Assembly (NCBI GenBank): GCA_020137815.1
Contig: CM035361.1
Location: 4,340,001 to 4,404,000, forward strand
Direction of reading: 5' to 3'
Length of the DNA: 64,000 bases
DNA from: Hormiphora californensis
Lineage: Eukaryota; Animalia; Ctenophora
Made by a program: the position numbers and the translations under genes. The notes beneath the pieces are model-generated. The model searched no databases. It saw only the letters and a list, made by a program, of their open reading frames with translations, and had not been told where the DNA came from. This document shows positions 29,801 to 43,769 of the stretch, piece after piece; the first letter of the stretch is position 1; the number at the start of each line of letters is the position of its first letter.

Positions 29801-32800
29801 GCGCAAAGGCTTTCCCACTGGGGGCATGCCCCAAGGGGTCAAAGGTCAGCACACACCCAGGCCCATTGGTTATCGGGGTGCTTTCAAAGGGCTTCAGGTC
29901 CACGGCCATCGCCATCTGGGGTTTTTGCAAGGGGAGGTAGGTAGACCCGCATTCTCCTATCGGGGTGCTTGCAAAAGGCTCATAAGTCGCACCGGCTTCG
30001 TCATGGGGTTATCGAAAGGCCGGGTCAGACACACCCACCCACGGTCCATCTGGGGTTTGCCTGCAAAAGGCCTAAGTAGCACGCCTTCGGTTCCCTATCT
30101 GGGGGGTTAGTATCAAGGCTTCTAAGTCCCCCAGGCCCATTGCCTATTAAGGGGTGTCTATGCACGGCTCAGGTAAGGGTCAGCACACACCAGGACCATT
30201 CGCGTCCATTGGGGGGGATTGCCTTTGAAGCTTAGTAAGGTCGCCCAGCCCAGCTCAAATGGGGGTGTCTTTATCACAAGGGGCTAAGGTAGGTCAGCAC
30301 ACACCCAGGCCCATTCAGGTCCTATTGGGGGGTGTTCTTTATGCAAAAGGGGGTGCAGGTAAAGGGTCAGCACACACCCAGGCCATTCGGTCCTATTGGG
30401 GGGTGTTCTTTATGCAAAAGGGGGACTTCAGGTAAGGGCAGCACACACCCAGGCATTCGGCCCTATTGGGGGTGTTCTTTATGGCCAAAAGGGGGTTCAG
30501 CGTAAGGGTCAGCACACACACCACGGCCAATTCGGTCCCTACTGGGGGGTGTCTTTATGCAAAAGGGGGCTTCAGGTAAGGTGTCAGCACCACAGGCCCA
30601 TTCGGTCCCTATCTGGGGGTGTTCTTATGCAAAAGGGGCTGCTTCAGGTAAGGGTAGCACACACCCAGGCCCATTCGGTCCCTATTGGGGGTGTCTTTAT
30701 GCAACAAGGGGGCGTCAGGTAAGGGTCAGCACACACCAGGCCATTCGGTCCTTATTGGGGGGTGTTCTTATGCAAAAAGGGGGCTTCAGGTAAGGGGTCA
30801 GCACCACCCAGGCATGCAGGTCCCTATCTGGGGGTTGTTCTTTTGCAAAAGGGGGGCTTCAGGTAAGGGTCAGCCACAACACCCAGCCCATTCGGGTCCC
30901 TACTGGGGGTGTTCTTTATGCAAAAGGGGGTTCAGGGTAAGGTCAGCACACACCCAGGCACATTCGGTCCCTATCTGGGGGTGTTCTTTTATGCAAAAGG
31001 GGGCTTCAGGTAAGGGTCAGCACCACACCAGGCCCATTCGTTCCTATCTGGGGGGTGTTCTTATGCAAAAGGGGGCTTCAGGTAAGGGTCAGCACACAAC
31101 CCAGGCCATTCGGGCCCTATCTGGGGGGTTGTTCTTTATGCAAAGGGGGCTGCAGGTTGTAAGGGTCAGCACACACCCAGGCCCATTCGTTCCTATTCTG
31201 GGGGGTAGAAAATTATAAAAAACTAACTAACACCACAAACCAAAAAAACCAAACAAACACAAAAACAAACAAATAAAACAACAACAACAAACCCACCAAA
31301 ACAAAAAAAAAAACCACAAAAAAAAAAACAACCAAACACTAACACATCAACCAAAGCCACAACAAAACAAAACCAACAACACACCCAAAAAAACCCCCAA
31401 ACAATAAAACCAACTGACCAACCTAACAAAAAAAAACCCCAAACACAACAAAAAAAACAAAAAAAAAAAAAACAAAAAAAAAACCAAATAACAAACAAAA
31501 CAACAAAAAAAACACCAAAAACAAACAAAAAATAAAAAAAAAATAAAAACCAAAAGAAACCAAATCCAAAACAAACAACACCCCCCTCAAAAACAAAAAA
31601 AAACAACAAACTAAAAACAAACAAACCAACAACACCAAACAAAAAATTCTAAAAATACACAAAACATAACCAACACCAACAAAAAAAAACAATACAAAAC
31701 ATCAACAAAAAAACCAACCAAAAAAACACAAAACCAACAACCAACCACAACCTACCACAAACCAAAAAATAAACCACAAAACAAACAAACCCACAAACCA
31801 TAACACATATCCTCCCACCATATACAAAAACACAACAACCACCACCCACCACACACAAACAACAACATAACAAAAAACAAACAACAACACTCCCCCCCCC
31901 CAAAACAAAATCCCCGTCTAAAAAAAAAAACAAAACACCAAAAACCCAACCCAAAAACACAAAAAAAAAAACCTACTCTCAAAAAAAAACAAAAAAAAAA
32001 TAAAACAAAAACCCCCACAACACCCAAAAATAAAAAAAAACAAGCACTCCTCCTAAATAACCTACCCCCAAAACAAAAACATCCAACTCACATCTACCTT
32101 TTACCCCCCCCCACACCCCAAAACAAAAATAACACACACAACCACCGAAACTAAAAAAATCCTCACCCAAAAAAAACCCCGCCCCACAACTTTCAAACTC
32201 ATACGCCATTCTCCTCCACCAACAAAAAAACAAAAAAACCAAAAACAAATATCCCCCCAACCCCTATACGTTGCCAAAAACAATTAACAACAAAAAAACA
32301 AACAAAAAACTACAATTAAAAAAAATCCAACCACCAAACACAACCCACTAAAGTGGTAAAACAAAACACGAAAAAAAAACCAACAAAAAAAAAAAACAAC
32401 AAACCCCAAAAAAAAAAAAAAACAAAAAAAAAAAAAAAAAAACAAAAAAGGGGCTTAGGTAAGGTGTCAGCACACACCCAGGCCCATTCGGTCCCTATCT
32501 GGGGGGTGTGTTCTTATGCAAAAGGGGGCTCAGGTAAGGGTCAGCAACACCCAGGCCCATTCGGTCCCTATTGGGGGGTGTTCTTATGCAAAAGGGGGCT
32601 TCAGGTAAGGAGTCAGACACACCAAGGCCCATTCGGTCCCTATCTGGGGGGTGTTCTTTATGCCAAAAAGGCGGGGCATTCAGGTAAGGGTTCAGCACAC
32701 ACCCAGGCCCATTCGGTCCCTTCTGTGGGGTGGGTTCTTTATGCAAAAGGGGGCTTCAGGTAAGGGTAGCCACCAAACCAGGCCCATTCGGTCCCTATCG

Positions 32801-35800
32801 TCGGGGGGGTTTCTTTATGCAAAAGGGGGCTTCAGGTAAGGGGTCAGCAACCAACCCAGGCCCCTTCGGTCCCTATCTGGGGGGGTTCTTTATGCCAAAA
32901 AGGGGCTTCAGGTAAGGTCAGCACACAACCCGGCCCATTCGGTCCCTATCTGGGGGGTGTTCTTTATGCAAAAGGGGGGCTTCAGGTAAGGGTCAGCACA
33001 CACCCAGGCCATTCGCGTCCCTATCGGGGGGTGTCCTTTTATGCAAAAGGGGCTTCAGAGGTAAGGGTCCAGCACACACCCAGGCCCATCGGTCCCCTAT
33101 CTGGGGGTGTGTTCTTTATGCAAAAGGGGGCTTCAGGTAAAGGGTCAAGCACACCCCAGGCCCATTCGGTCCCATCTGGGGGGGTTTTTCTTTATGCAAA
33201 AGGGGGCTTCATTGAAGGGTCAGCCACACCCAGGCCCCATTCGGTCCTCGATCTGGGGGGTTTCTTATGCAAAAGGGGTCTTCATAGTAAGGGTCATCAC
33301 CACACCAGGCCCCATTCGGTTTCCCTATCTTGGGGGGTGTTCTTTATGCAAAAGGGGGCTTCAGGTAACTGGGTCAGCACACACCACGGCCCATTCGGGT
33401 CCCCTATCTGGGGGGGTGTTCTTATGCAAAAGGGGGCCTTCAGGTAATAGGGTCAAGCACACAACCCAGGCCCATCCGGTCCCTATCTGGGGGGTGTTCT
33501 TTATGCCAAAAGTGGGGGCTTCAGGTAAGGGTCGCACACACCCGGCCCCATTTCGTCCCTATCTGGGGGGTGTTCTTTATGCAAAAGGGGGCTTCAGGTA
33601 AGGGTCAGCACACACCCCGGCCATTCGGTCCCATCTGGGGGGTGTTTCTTTATGCAAAAAGGGGGCTTTTCAGGTAAGGGTCAGCAACACACCCAGGCCC
33701 ATTCTGCGTCCCTATCTGGGGGGTGTTCTTTATGCAAAAGGGGGCTTCAGGTAAGGGTCAGCACACACCAGGGCCCATTCGGTCCCTATCTGGGGGGGTG
33801 TTCTTTATGCAAAAGGGGGCTTAAGGTAAGGGTAGCACACACCCAGGCCCATTCGGTCCCTATCTGGGGGGTGTTCTTTATGCAAAAGGGGGCTCAGGGA
33901 AGGGTCAGCCACACACCAGGCCCATTCGGTCCCTATCTGGGGGGGTTCTTTATGCAAAAAGGGGCTTCAGGTAAGGGTCAGCACACACCCAGGCCCATTC
34001 GGTCCCTATCTGGGGGGGTGTTCTTTATGCAAAGGGGGCTTCAGGTAAGGGTCAGCACACACCCAGGCCCATGGTCCTATTGGGGGGTCTTTTGCAAAAG
34101 GGGGCTCAGGAAGGGTCAGCACACACCAGGCCCATTCGGTCCCTATCTGGGGGGTGTTCTTTATGCAAAAGGGGGCTTCAGGTAAGGGTCAGCACACACC
34201 CAGGCCCATTCGGTCCCTATCTGGGGGTGGTGTCTTTATGCAAAAGGGGGGCTTCAGGTAAGGGTCAGCACCACACCCGGCCATTCGGTCCCTATCTGGG
34301 GGGTGTCTTATGCAAAAGGGGGCTTCAGGTAAGGGTCCACACACACCCAGGCCCATTCGGTCCCCTATTGGGGTTTTCTTTGCAAAGGGGCTTCAGGTAA
34401 GGGTCAACCACACCCAGGCCCATTCGGTCCCTATCTGGGGGGTGTGTTCTTTATGCAAAAGGGGGCTTCAGGTAAGGGTCAGCACACACCCAGCCGCCAT
34501 TCGGTCCTATCTGGGGGGTGTTCTTTAGCAAAAGGGGGTTCAGGTAAGGGTCAGCACACAACCGGCCAATTCGGTCCTATCTGGGGGGTGTTCTTTATGC
34601 AAAAGGGGGCTTCGGTAAGGGTCAGGCACACACCAGGCCCCATCGGTCCTATCTGGGGGGTGTTCTTTATGCAAAAGGGGGGCTTCAGGTAGGGTAGCAC
34701 ACCACACACCAGGCCCATTCGTCCCTATTCTGGGGGTGTTCTTTATGCAAAAGAGGGGAGTCAGGTAAGGGTCAGCACACCCCAGGCCCATTCGGTCCCA
34801 TCTGGGGGGTGTTCTTTCATGCAAAGGGGGGCTCAGGTAAGGTCAGCACACACCCAGCCCATTCGCGGTCCCTATCTGGGGGGGTGTTCTTTATGCAAAA
34901 GGGGGCTTCGGTAAGGGTCAGCACAACACCCGGGCCACCATTCGGTCCCTATCTGGGGGTGTTCTTTATGCCAAAGGGGGGCTTCAGGAAGGGTCAGCAC
35001 ACCACCCAGGCCATCGGGTCCCTATTGGGGGGTGTTCTTTATGAAAGGGGGCTTCAGTAAGGGTCAGCAACACACCCAGCATCGGCCCATCTGGGGGTGT
35101 TCTTTATGCAAAAGGGGCTCAGGTAAAGGGTCAGAACACACCCCGGCCCATTCGGTCCACTATCCTGGGGGGGGGGGTTTGTCTTAGCAAAAGGGGGCTT
35201 CAGGTAAGGGTCAGCACACACCAGGCCCATTCGGGTCCCTATCTGGGGGGTGTTTTTATGCAAAAGGGGGTGTCAGGAAGGGTCAGCACACACCCGGGCC
35301 CATTCGGTCCCTATCTGGGGGGTGTTCTTTATGCAAAAGGGGGCTTCAGGTAAGGGTCAGCACACACCCAGGCATTCGGTCCCTATCTGGGGGGTGTTCT
35401 TTATGCAAAAGGGGGATTCGGTAAGGGTCAGCACACACCCAGGCCCATTCGGTCCCTATCTGGGGGGTGTCTTTATGCAAAAGGGGGCTTCAGGTAAGGG
35501 TCAGCACACACCGCCCATTCGGTCCATCTGGGGGGTGTTCTTTAGCAAAAGGGGGCTTCAGGTAAGGGTCAGCACAACCAGGCCCATCGGTCCCTATCTG
35601 GGGGGGGTTCTTTATGCAAAAGGGGGCTTCAGGTAAGGTCAGCACACCCCCAGGCCCATTCGGTCCTATCGGGGGGGTTCTTTATGCAAAAGGGGCTTCA
35701 GGTAGGGTCAGCACACACCAGGCCCATTCGGACCCTATCTGGGGGGTTGTTCTTATGCAAAAGGGGTCAGGTAAGGGTCAGCACACACCGGCCCATTCGG

Positions 35801-38075
35801 TCCCTATCTGGGGGGTGTTCTTTATGCAAAAGGGGGCTTCGGTAAGGTGTCAGCACAACCAGGCCATCGGTCCATCTGGGGGTGTCTTTACAAAAGGGGG
35901 CTTCAGGTAGGGTCAGCACCACACCCAGCATTCGGTCCCTATCTGGGGGGTGTTCTTTATGCAAAAAGGGGCTTCAGGTAGGGTCAGCACAACACCAGGC
36001 CCAGCGGCCCTATTGGGGGGGTTCTTTATGCAAAAGGGGGCTTCAGGTAAGGGTCAGCACACACCCAGGCCATTCGGTCCCTACTGGGGGGTGTTCTTAG
36101 CAAAAGGGGCTCAGGATAAGGGTCAGGCACACACCCAGGCCCATTCGGTCCTATTGGGGGGTGTTCTTTATGCAAAAGGGGGCTTCAGGTAAGGTCAGCA
36201 CACACCCAGGCCCATTCGTCCCTATCTGGGGGGGTGTTCTTTTGCAAAAGGGGCTCAAGGTAGGGTCGCACACACCCAGGCCCATTCGGTCCCTATCTGG
36301 GGGTGTGTCTTTATGAAAAGGGGGCTTCAGGTAAGGTCAGCACACACCAGGCCCATTCGGTCCCTATCTGGGGGTGTCTTTGAAAGGGGGCTTCAGGTAA
36401 GGGTCAGCACACACCAGGCCCATTCGGTCCTATCTGGGGGGGTTTTATGCAAAAGGGGGCTTCAGGTAAGGGTCAGCACACACCCAGGCCCATTCGGTCC
36501 CTATCTGGGGGGTGTTCTTTATCAAAAGGGGGCTTCAGGTAAGGGTCCAGCCACAACCCAGGCCATTCGGTCCCTATCTGGGGGGTGTTCTTTATGCAAA
36601 AGGGGGCTTCAGGTAAGGTGGCAGCACCACCCAGGCCATTGGTCCCTATCTGGGGGGTTTGTTTTAGCAAAAGGGGGCTTCAGGTAAGGGTCAGCAACAC
36701 CCCAGGCCCATCGGGGCCCTATCTGGGGGGTGTTCTTTAGCAAAAGGGGCTTCAGGTAAGGGTCAGCACACACCCAGGCCCATTCGGTCCCTATCTGGGG
36801 GGTGTTCTTTATGCAAAAGGGGGTTCAGGTAAGGGTCAGCACACACCCAGGCCCATTCGGTCCTATCTGGGGGGTGTTCTTTATGCAAAAGGGGGCTTCA
36901 GGTAAGGGTCAGCACACACCCAGGCCCATTCGGTCCCTATCTGGGGGGTGTTCTTTATGCAAAAGGGGGCTTCAGGTAAGGGTCAGCACACACCCAGGCC
37001 CATTCGGTCCCTATCTGGGGGGTGTTCTTTATGCAAAAGGGGGCTCAGGTAAGGGTCAGCAACACCCAGGCCCATTCGGTCCCTATCTGGGGGGTTTTAT
37101 GCAAAAGGGGGCTTCAGGTAAGGGTCAGCACACACACCCAGGCCCATTCGGTCCCTATCTGGGGGGTGTTCTTTATGCAAAAGGGGGCTTCAGGTAAGGG
37201 TCAGCACACACCCAGGCCCATTCGGTCCCTATTCTGGGGGGTGTTCTTTATGCAAAAGGGGGCTTCAGGTAAGGGTCAGCACACACCAGGCCCTTCGGTC
37301 CCTATCTGGGGGGTGTTCTTTATGCAAAAGGGGGCTTCAGGGTAAGGGTCAGCACACACCCAGGCCATTCCGGTCCCTATCTGGGGGGTGTTCTTATGCA
37401 AAAAGGGCTTCAGGTAAGGGTCAGCACACACCCAGGCCCATTCGGTCCCTATCTGGGGGGTGTTCTTTATGCAAAAGGGGGCTTCAGGTAAGGGTCAGCA
37501 CACACCAGGCCCATTCGTCCCTATCTGGGGGTGTTCTTTATGCAAAAGGGGCTTCAGGTAAGGGTCAGCACACACCCAGGCCCATTCGGTCCCTATCTGG
37601 GGGGTGTTCTTTATGCAAAAGGGGGCTTCAGGTAAGGGTCAGCACACACCCAGGCCCTATAGGCCCTATCTGGGGGGTTCTTTATGCAAAAGGGGGCTTC
37701 AGGTAAGGGTCAGCACACACCCAGGCCCATTCGGTCCCTATCTGGGGGTGTTCTTTATGCAAAAGGGGGCTTCAGGTAAGGGTCAGCACACACCCAGGCC
37801 CATTCGGTCCCATCTGGGGGGTGTTCTTTATGCAAAAGGGGGCTTCAGGTAAGGGTCAGCACACACACCCAGGCCCATTCGGTCCCTATCTGGGGGGTGT
37901 TCTTTATGCAAAAGGGGGCTTCAGGTAAGGGTCAGCACACACCCAGGCCCATTCGGTCCCTATCTGGGGGGTGTTCTTTATGCAAAAGGGGGCTTCAGGT
38001 AAGGGTCAGCACACACCCAGGCCCATTCGGTCCCTATCTGGGGGGTGTTCTTTATGCAAAAGGGGGCTTCAGGTA
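26823..38075. repeat. 74-bp satellite array (~135 copies) with a noisy consensus
   Basis: Unit CCCAGGCCCATTCGGTCCCTATCTGGGGGGTGTTCTTTATGCAAAAGGGGGCTTCAGGTAAGGGTCAGCACACA; variation is indel-dominated. Confidence 0.97.
31207..32446. other. A/C-rich aperiodic block inside the satellite, probably a low-quality long-read artefact
   Basis: Almost no G or T, no periodicity, flanked by error-rich satellite units. Confidence 0.75.
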
Positions 38076-38314
38076 AAGTATCAGACAGTTGAAAAGATTG
38101 GAATGCTAAAACTTAACGACTATCTTATTTTTTATTTTGTCAAAATTTTTTGTGATAGAAAAAAAAAATCAGCTAATATTAAAGTGTTAGGTATTTCGTC
38201 ATCTACCAAAAATTAAAACTGATTTATATACCGCCATGTTTGATACATGATTGACGTACAATTATTTGCAGCCTAGCGTTCTGGGTTCCAGGAGTTGTAA
38301 TGGTCGTGTGTGTG

Positions 38315-38414
38315 NNNNNNNNNNNNNNNNNNNNNNNNNNNNNNNNNNNNNNNNNNNNNNNNNNNNNNNNNNNNNNNNNNNNNNNNNNNNNNNNNNNNNN
38401 NNNNNNNNNNNNNN
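38315..38414. other. Scaffold gap (100 N)
   Basis: Run of N. Confidence 1.
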
Positions 38415-38550
38415 GAGACCTTTTAATATAGAGCCCTTAAAAAGTACAATCATTAACGCCTAAAATCAACTAAAACATAAGAACAAAATTTTTTTTATAA
38501 AATACTGAGCGAATAATTAATAAATCTGCTAATAAAAATTCTATATATAT

Positions 38551-40105
38551 GTTCGCAAAAGGCAAGCTTCCCCTCGTCCGACCCGAAGTTGGAATCATAT
38601 GGGTTCAGTTTGTCGAACCGACAAGTTGCTAACATGTTTCAAATCTTCACTACTTCTCAAATGATCCCATACTTTCAGTCTAATCCCAAAATCCTATTAA
38701 AAATAGAGACAAAAATAACGGCACCAAACTGTGAAATGCCCTTGCATTAGTGCGAGTAGAATAAAATCAATTTTCTATCTAAAGGCCGAGTTTATAGCAA
38801 GAAAGGACTATTTTACAACGAATTCTCTGGTTAGTATGGTAACCAACTCCGTTGTCATGGTAAATCAATCGAACTCTATCGAGTTCTATCGCCAGCAACT
38901 GGATGAAAATTTATCCATTTCATTATGCACAATGCACAGGCTTTGGTTACGAAGTTACCCCTTGCCAGCGTGTGCACGCGAAGGTCGCCCGGCGACAGAG
39001 TGTGAGGTGTCTTCGATACCAAGCACAGGCTTGTGTAACAAAAAGGGGCGTTTTTATAGCTTATTGTTCATCATAACCTGAAATAAATAATTTTCATTAC
39101 TTTCACAAAGGCTCAAAGTTTGAATATCAAATTTGCCAAAACTGTGCAGGGGCAAATTGGTGCAGGGGCAAAAGTTTTAATTGATTATAATTAATTAATT
39201 AATTAGAAAATCAAAAATCCGGCTCCGTTATGACTCGTAGTTATACTACTAGAACATACATGCAAAGTTTCATTTCGAAATTTCAAACGGTGTGGCCACA
39301 GTTTGAATATCAAAGTTGCAAAAAATGTGCAGGGGCAAACAAAATGGTGCAGGGGCAAATGTTCAGGGGAAAATTGCACAAATTGTGCAGGGGCAAATTT
39401 TAATTAATTTGCCTATAATTAATTACCTAATTGATATATTAATCATACGGCTCTTCTAGTACTCGTAGTTACGCTATTAGAACATGCATAGAAAGTTTCG
39501 TGTCAAAATATTAAACGGTGTGGACACAGTTCGATCGCAATTTTGGTGCAAGGGCAGCCCCTGAACCATTTGCCCTTGCACATTGCCTGCCCCTGCACCA
39601 AATTTCATTTTTTGCACGGCTCTAACTAACTAATTAATTAATTTTGACTATTCCCACTTTTCGAACATCATCTTTTATGATTGAAGAACATTCCTACAAA
39701 GTTTCAAGTCGATATTTTAAGCAGAACGGAAAATAGAATTTGGTGCAGGGGCGCGGTGCAGGGGACAGAACACGCAATGTGCAGGGGCACGGTGCCCCTG
39801 CACCGTTTTTAATTACCTATAATTAATTAATTAATTAAAAATTCAAAAATCCGCCAACGTCATGACACAAAGGAATACTACAAAAACATGCCTACAAAAT
39901 TTCAAGTCGATATCTCAAACGGTGTGGCCACAATCGTTGACATGTTTTTTGCCCCCCCCCCCCCCCCCCCCCCCCCCAAAAAGACTTTTCTTTGTTCTTA
40001 ATAGGGCCGGCATTTTTGGGTTTTTGTGCAGGGGCAAAATTTTTTTTTTCTTTTTTTCGTTTTTTGCTGTTTTCTTCGGGTCGGAGGTGCCTGCCGGCAC
40101 CTAAA
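38551..40105 (+). mobile_element. Helentron/Helitron2-like non-autonomous element (intronic)
   Basis: 5' GTTCGCAAAAGGCAAGCTTCCCCTCGTCCGACCCGAAG ... 3' CTTCGGGTCGGAGGTGCCTGCCGGCACCTAAA, inserted in (TA)n; absent from the paralogous introns at ~47300 and ~55280. Confidence 0.75.
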
Positions 40106-40131
40106 TATATATAAAAAAATCTCTCCCTCAG

Positions 40132-41452
40132 TTTGTCCTGGTGTAACCATCGATAATTCACCAACTGATTTGAATGGGATTGAAGCAGGGACTTTCGTAA
40201 CTGTCACTTGCACGGATAACACCTTTGAACTAAAAGGATCAAGTACAGTATCCTGTGAAAATGACGGGTCGTGGACTGCTCTTCCAACTTGTGAGAAAAA
40301 AGGTAAGCCTATTATAGAGAGAACAATTATTCTTGATAATTACTAAATCCTGAAGTCAATTCACTCACATAACAGGCAGTCAATTAATTTACCTATTGTA
40401 TCTTACATAACAGGCAGATCATTCTCCAATGCGCTTATTTGGTGAGGTTGTAAATGTAAAAATTGTATTATTTAATTTACTTCTAATGGTTAGAATATCT
40501 ATTGCGTTTCAGACTGGACAGCTGTAGAGCCAGGTGTCAATATACCCTGGGACCTGGAGGGAACACCTCTCCAGATAAAGACGGACTCTTCACTGGGCAG
40601 TGATGAAAGGATTTCGGTGGGGATGTTCGACAAGGACAGCGGATATATTAGTACTGTGGATATGCAGTTCTCCTCTCCAATGCAGTATACGATGAAATAT
40701 TGCACCAGCGACTGGACAGACCTGCCGGTGCAACCCCCGGTAGAGGTGGATAAGATCTGGACGATCACCAAAACAGGGTCCGCTCTCATCATCAAATGTA
40801 ACAATGTTGAGATGCTGAACTACCTGTTCACAGATAGTTCAGATAGCGAGTGTGCTACATGGTTGAGTGGCGATGTTGTGGAGGAGATCTTGTTTTACGC
40901 GGATAGCTCAGCATCTGACTACTACAGAGCAGGTAAGGGTCTAAATGTAATGTATATAGCGTAGCGACTGGCTATTTGAAATGGCGGCTCATACCAAGCC
41001 CACTGATGTCTAAAAATCCAAATCTGGTGCACCTGCTGGCCTGTAGAGGGGGTGTTTCAAATAAGCCGCCATTTCAAATACCCTACCAATAATGATGCTA
41101 GCTCTATGATTCAATGATGCATCTCACATCTTCCAACACCAATACCCATCAGCGTGTCCCGGGTTTACCGTAGACGAATCAGTGCAAGAAAATTGGAGTG
41201 ATACAGATCCAGGACAGACGGTGACCATCAACTGCCAGAAGAAGCACGTGCGATACGGTAGCCGTGAGAGGACGTGTAATTCCGACGGAGAGTGGAACGT
41301 TGCCGCCCCTATTTGCAAGGAACTAGGTAAGTATTCTAGGTCGAAGTCAGGCAAGTTATAGGAAAGTATACCGGGTTGGGGGTTTGGGAAAATGGGATCA
41401 CCAAAATACGTATTACTGTAAAAGTTGGGCAACTTTTGCAGAATTACGATGA
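40132..41452 (+). CDS. Sushi/novel-domain gene 1, 3' part: SushiA - X - SushiC - stop; 5' exons in or before the gap
   Basis: Phase-1 exons 40132-40302, 40513-40932 and 41153-41326, with a probable terminal exon 41442-41452 (ELR*). CCP pattern C-P...G..V.V.C...F.L.G....C...G.W....P.C. Confidence 0.75.
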
Positions 41453-41872
41453 TTTAAAATATTGATGGTTCATACTCTTAAATCTTTATTACTCGAAAGG
41501 TAAATTTAGCCGTTACTCAAATTTCACAACACAATGTTTTGACATGTGCCCCGGATTTGCCGTACTGCACAGAGCTTGTACAAGGAAGTTGGAACTATAC
41601 TTGCAGATAACTAACCGTCAGAAGAAGTAGGTACGAGATGGTTGTTAGAATTGTCCTTCTTTTGTGTTTATATGTTATCGGGATTAACATGTCCGTAACC
41701 CCTTTCTAATCCCCCTTTATATTTTCATATACGGTATCCCGATATATTACGTGGTGAAGTGTTGCTGTTACGATGATTCATTCTCGGTTCTTCTCCCTGA
41801 CGTTAATTGACTGGCCTTCTCTACTATCTGATCTCTCTGGGAGGATTCGGAATAACGAGAGAGGGCGGGATT

Positions 41873-42415
41873 TTGGATCCATCGCATCCTATTCTCGCTC
41901 CGCGAATAATAGGATCCCGGCCCGTTGAGAGCAAGAACTCACGTGCGCGCGATATAAAGCACGTTTTCAGCAGATCGCGCGTGATAGACCGTTTTTGGAG
42001 ACCTTTTTAGCTGACCTAGCACTACTCAAAGGTCAATTATGGCCTCATTTCGCATCGTGATGAATCGGCGGGTATTTTCCCATACTCACAAGGCCATGAC
42101 GACTCCCCCAGTACCCGCAGATTGTCCCAGGACCGAGTAGGAGCTTGCAGCCAGGTCTTTAAAGAATTGCTCATGTTTAGCGTCAATTTTGACCCACTAT
42201 TCCTCAAATGCTGAAACTCGCGGGTATTTTTCGTAAAACTAGAGACAATTGTCTGCCAGGAGCAACAAACGAGATGCAAATCGGTTCAGTAGTTCCTTGC
42301 AGCCAGGTCTTTGAAAAAGTTTGCTCTAAAATCAATAACGCGCCGGAGGCCTAGATGTGAGATCGATCTCGGTCGCTGCGCGACCTCGATCTCACTCAGG
42401 CATCAATGTGGCCAA
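41873..42415. mobile_element. 543-bp insertion with a 9-bp TSD (GGCGGGATT) and weak TIRs
   Basis: TSD at 41864-41872 and 42416-42424; empty site in the paralogous segment at ~49643-49651. Confidence 0.85.
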
Positions 42416-43123
42416 GGCGGGATTGACGTCTCATAATATTGGTTACAATGTCTAAAGACGTGGGAACTACAAGCGACACGTGGCGAGAGAGAGAAGGGAT
42501 GATAGGGCGGCATGAGGACTGCTCACTTGACATTTATTCTATGAACTCAAGAGAGTATCGGGCTTGATACTAGGCGTGATGAACATTGACTATGACGTGT
42601 GTTAGGGTAGGGAACGGTTACAAGACCGTCTTCCTTGAGTTACTAAACTTGGTGGCAATTAGAGATTAAATGAAAGATTACAGTTTCTATTCTACTTTAC
42701 TCTTTGTATATATCTTGTCGTATTTGTATCACAACATTTTACCCTAAAATGGATCATATCGGTCACGGTCGGTCACAACTTCGATAATATATACGGGAAG
42801 GGTAATTATAATGCCCTACTCGGCCGGTACGGAGAAAGAATGAAATAACCGAAAAGGATATTGGAAAGACAGACAGACAGAAAAAAGAGCTGCTATATCT
42901 TTCTAGGTGATTGGTGAAACCATTTATACTAGCTATTTGGCACACCAAAAAGTGAGAGACATATATAAAAGAATGGAGAGATTGTTGAAGCTTTTTCCCC
43001 AAGCGTAAAAATGTGGTTAAAAATGATGCTATAAGACCATACTATGAAGAGAGAAAGGGAGGGATGTCGAGTTTTTTGTCGTGACCCCACCCTTTACTTC
43101 TCGTGCACGGATTTGTTGTGCGG

Positions 43124-43165
43124 ACAGACAGGCAGACAGACAGACAGACAGACAGGCAGGCAGGC

Positions 43166-43225
<60 letters not shown>
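43124..43225. repeat. (CAGA)n microsatellite
   Basis: Direct inspection; a longer paralogue lies at 50505-50729. Confidence 0.95.
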
Positions 43226-43226
<1 letters not shown>

Positions 43227-43402
43227 TATAGGAGAGCTGCTATATCTTTCTAGATGCTTGACAAAACCATTAGCTTTAAGGCACACCAAAAAAGTGAGAG
43301 ACTTGGAAAAGAATGGAGAGATTGTTGAAATTATTGAAGCTTTTTCCCCAAGCGTCCAACACGCGGTTAAATGATGATGCTAAGACTAAAGACAGACAGA
43401 GT

Positions 43403-43443
<41 letters not shown>

Positions 43444-43769
43444 GAGAGAGAGAGGAGAGAGAGAAGCGAGCGAGCGCGAGATACGCATATAGCTGTTGAT
43501 AGAGATAGCGAGAGATTCTAATATATAGCGTAAGAGATATATCTGGCTATAGCTCTGATCTAGATATAGAGCATATATTAAGGAGAATAAAGAGAGATGG
43601 TGATAGATGAGAGATATAGATAATAGAGAGATAGGAGTGTTAGTCCTTAGATCACGGGGTGGAGAGCTCAACTGATGTGTTAATGGAAAAAAAATCCGTG
43701 GCGTGACTTTATTCCCAAACATCCTCTGATAGTTGTGTTTGACTTGTCAATTGTCAAGCGAGATCCAAA

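Noticed and set aside
31207-32446. Phe/Val-rich 'membrane' ORFs or telomere-like tract
   Set aside because: Aperiodic A/C sequence within an error-rich region; most likely a read artefact.
26859-38216. Dozens of MQKGASGKGQH ORFs
   Set aside because: These are translations of a 74-bp (non-3n) satellite with random indels.
41631-41700. Transmembrane terminal exon for the Sushi genes
   Set aside because: The frame is not conserved in the paralogue at ~49421 and it is absent after gene 3; the short (E/G)LR exon is shared by all three genes.
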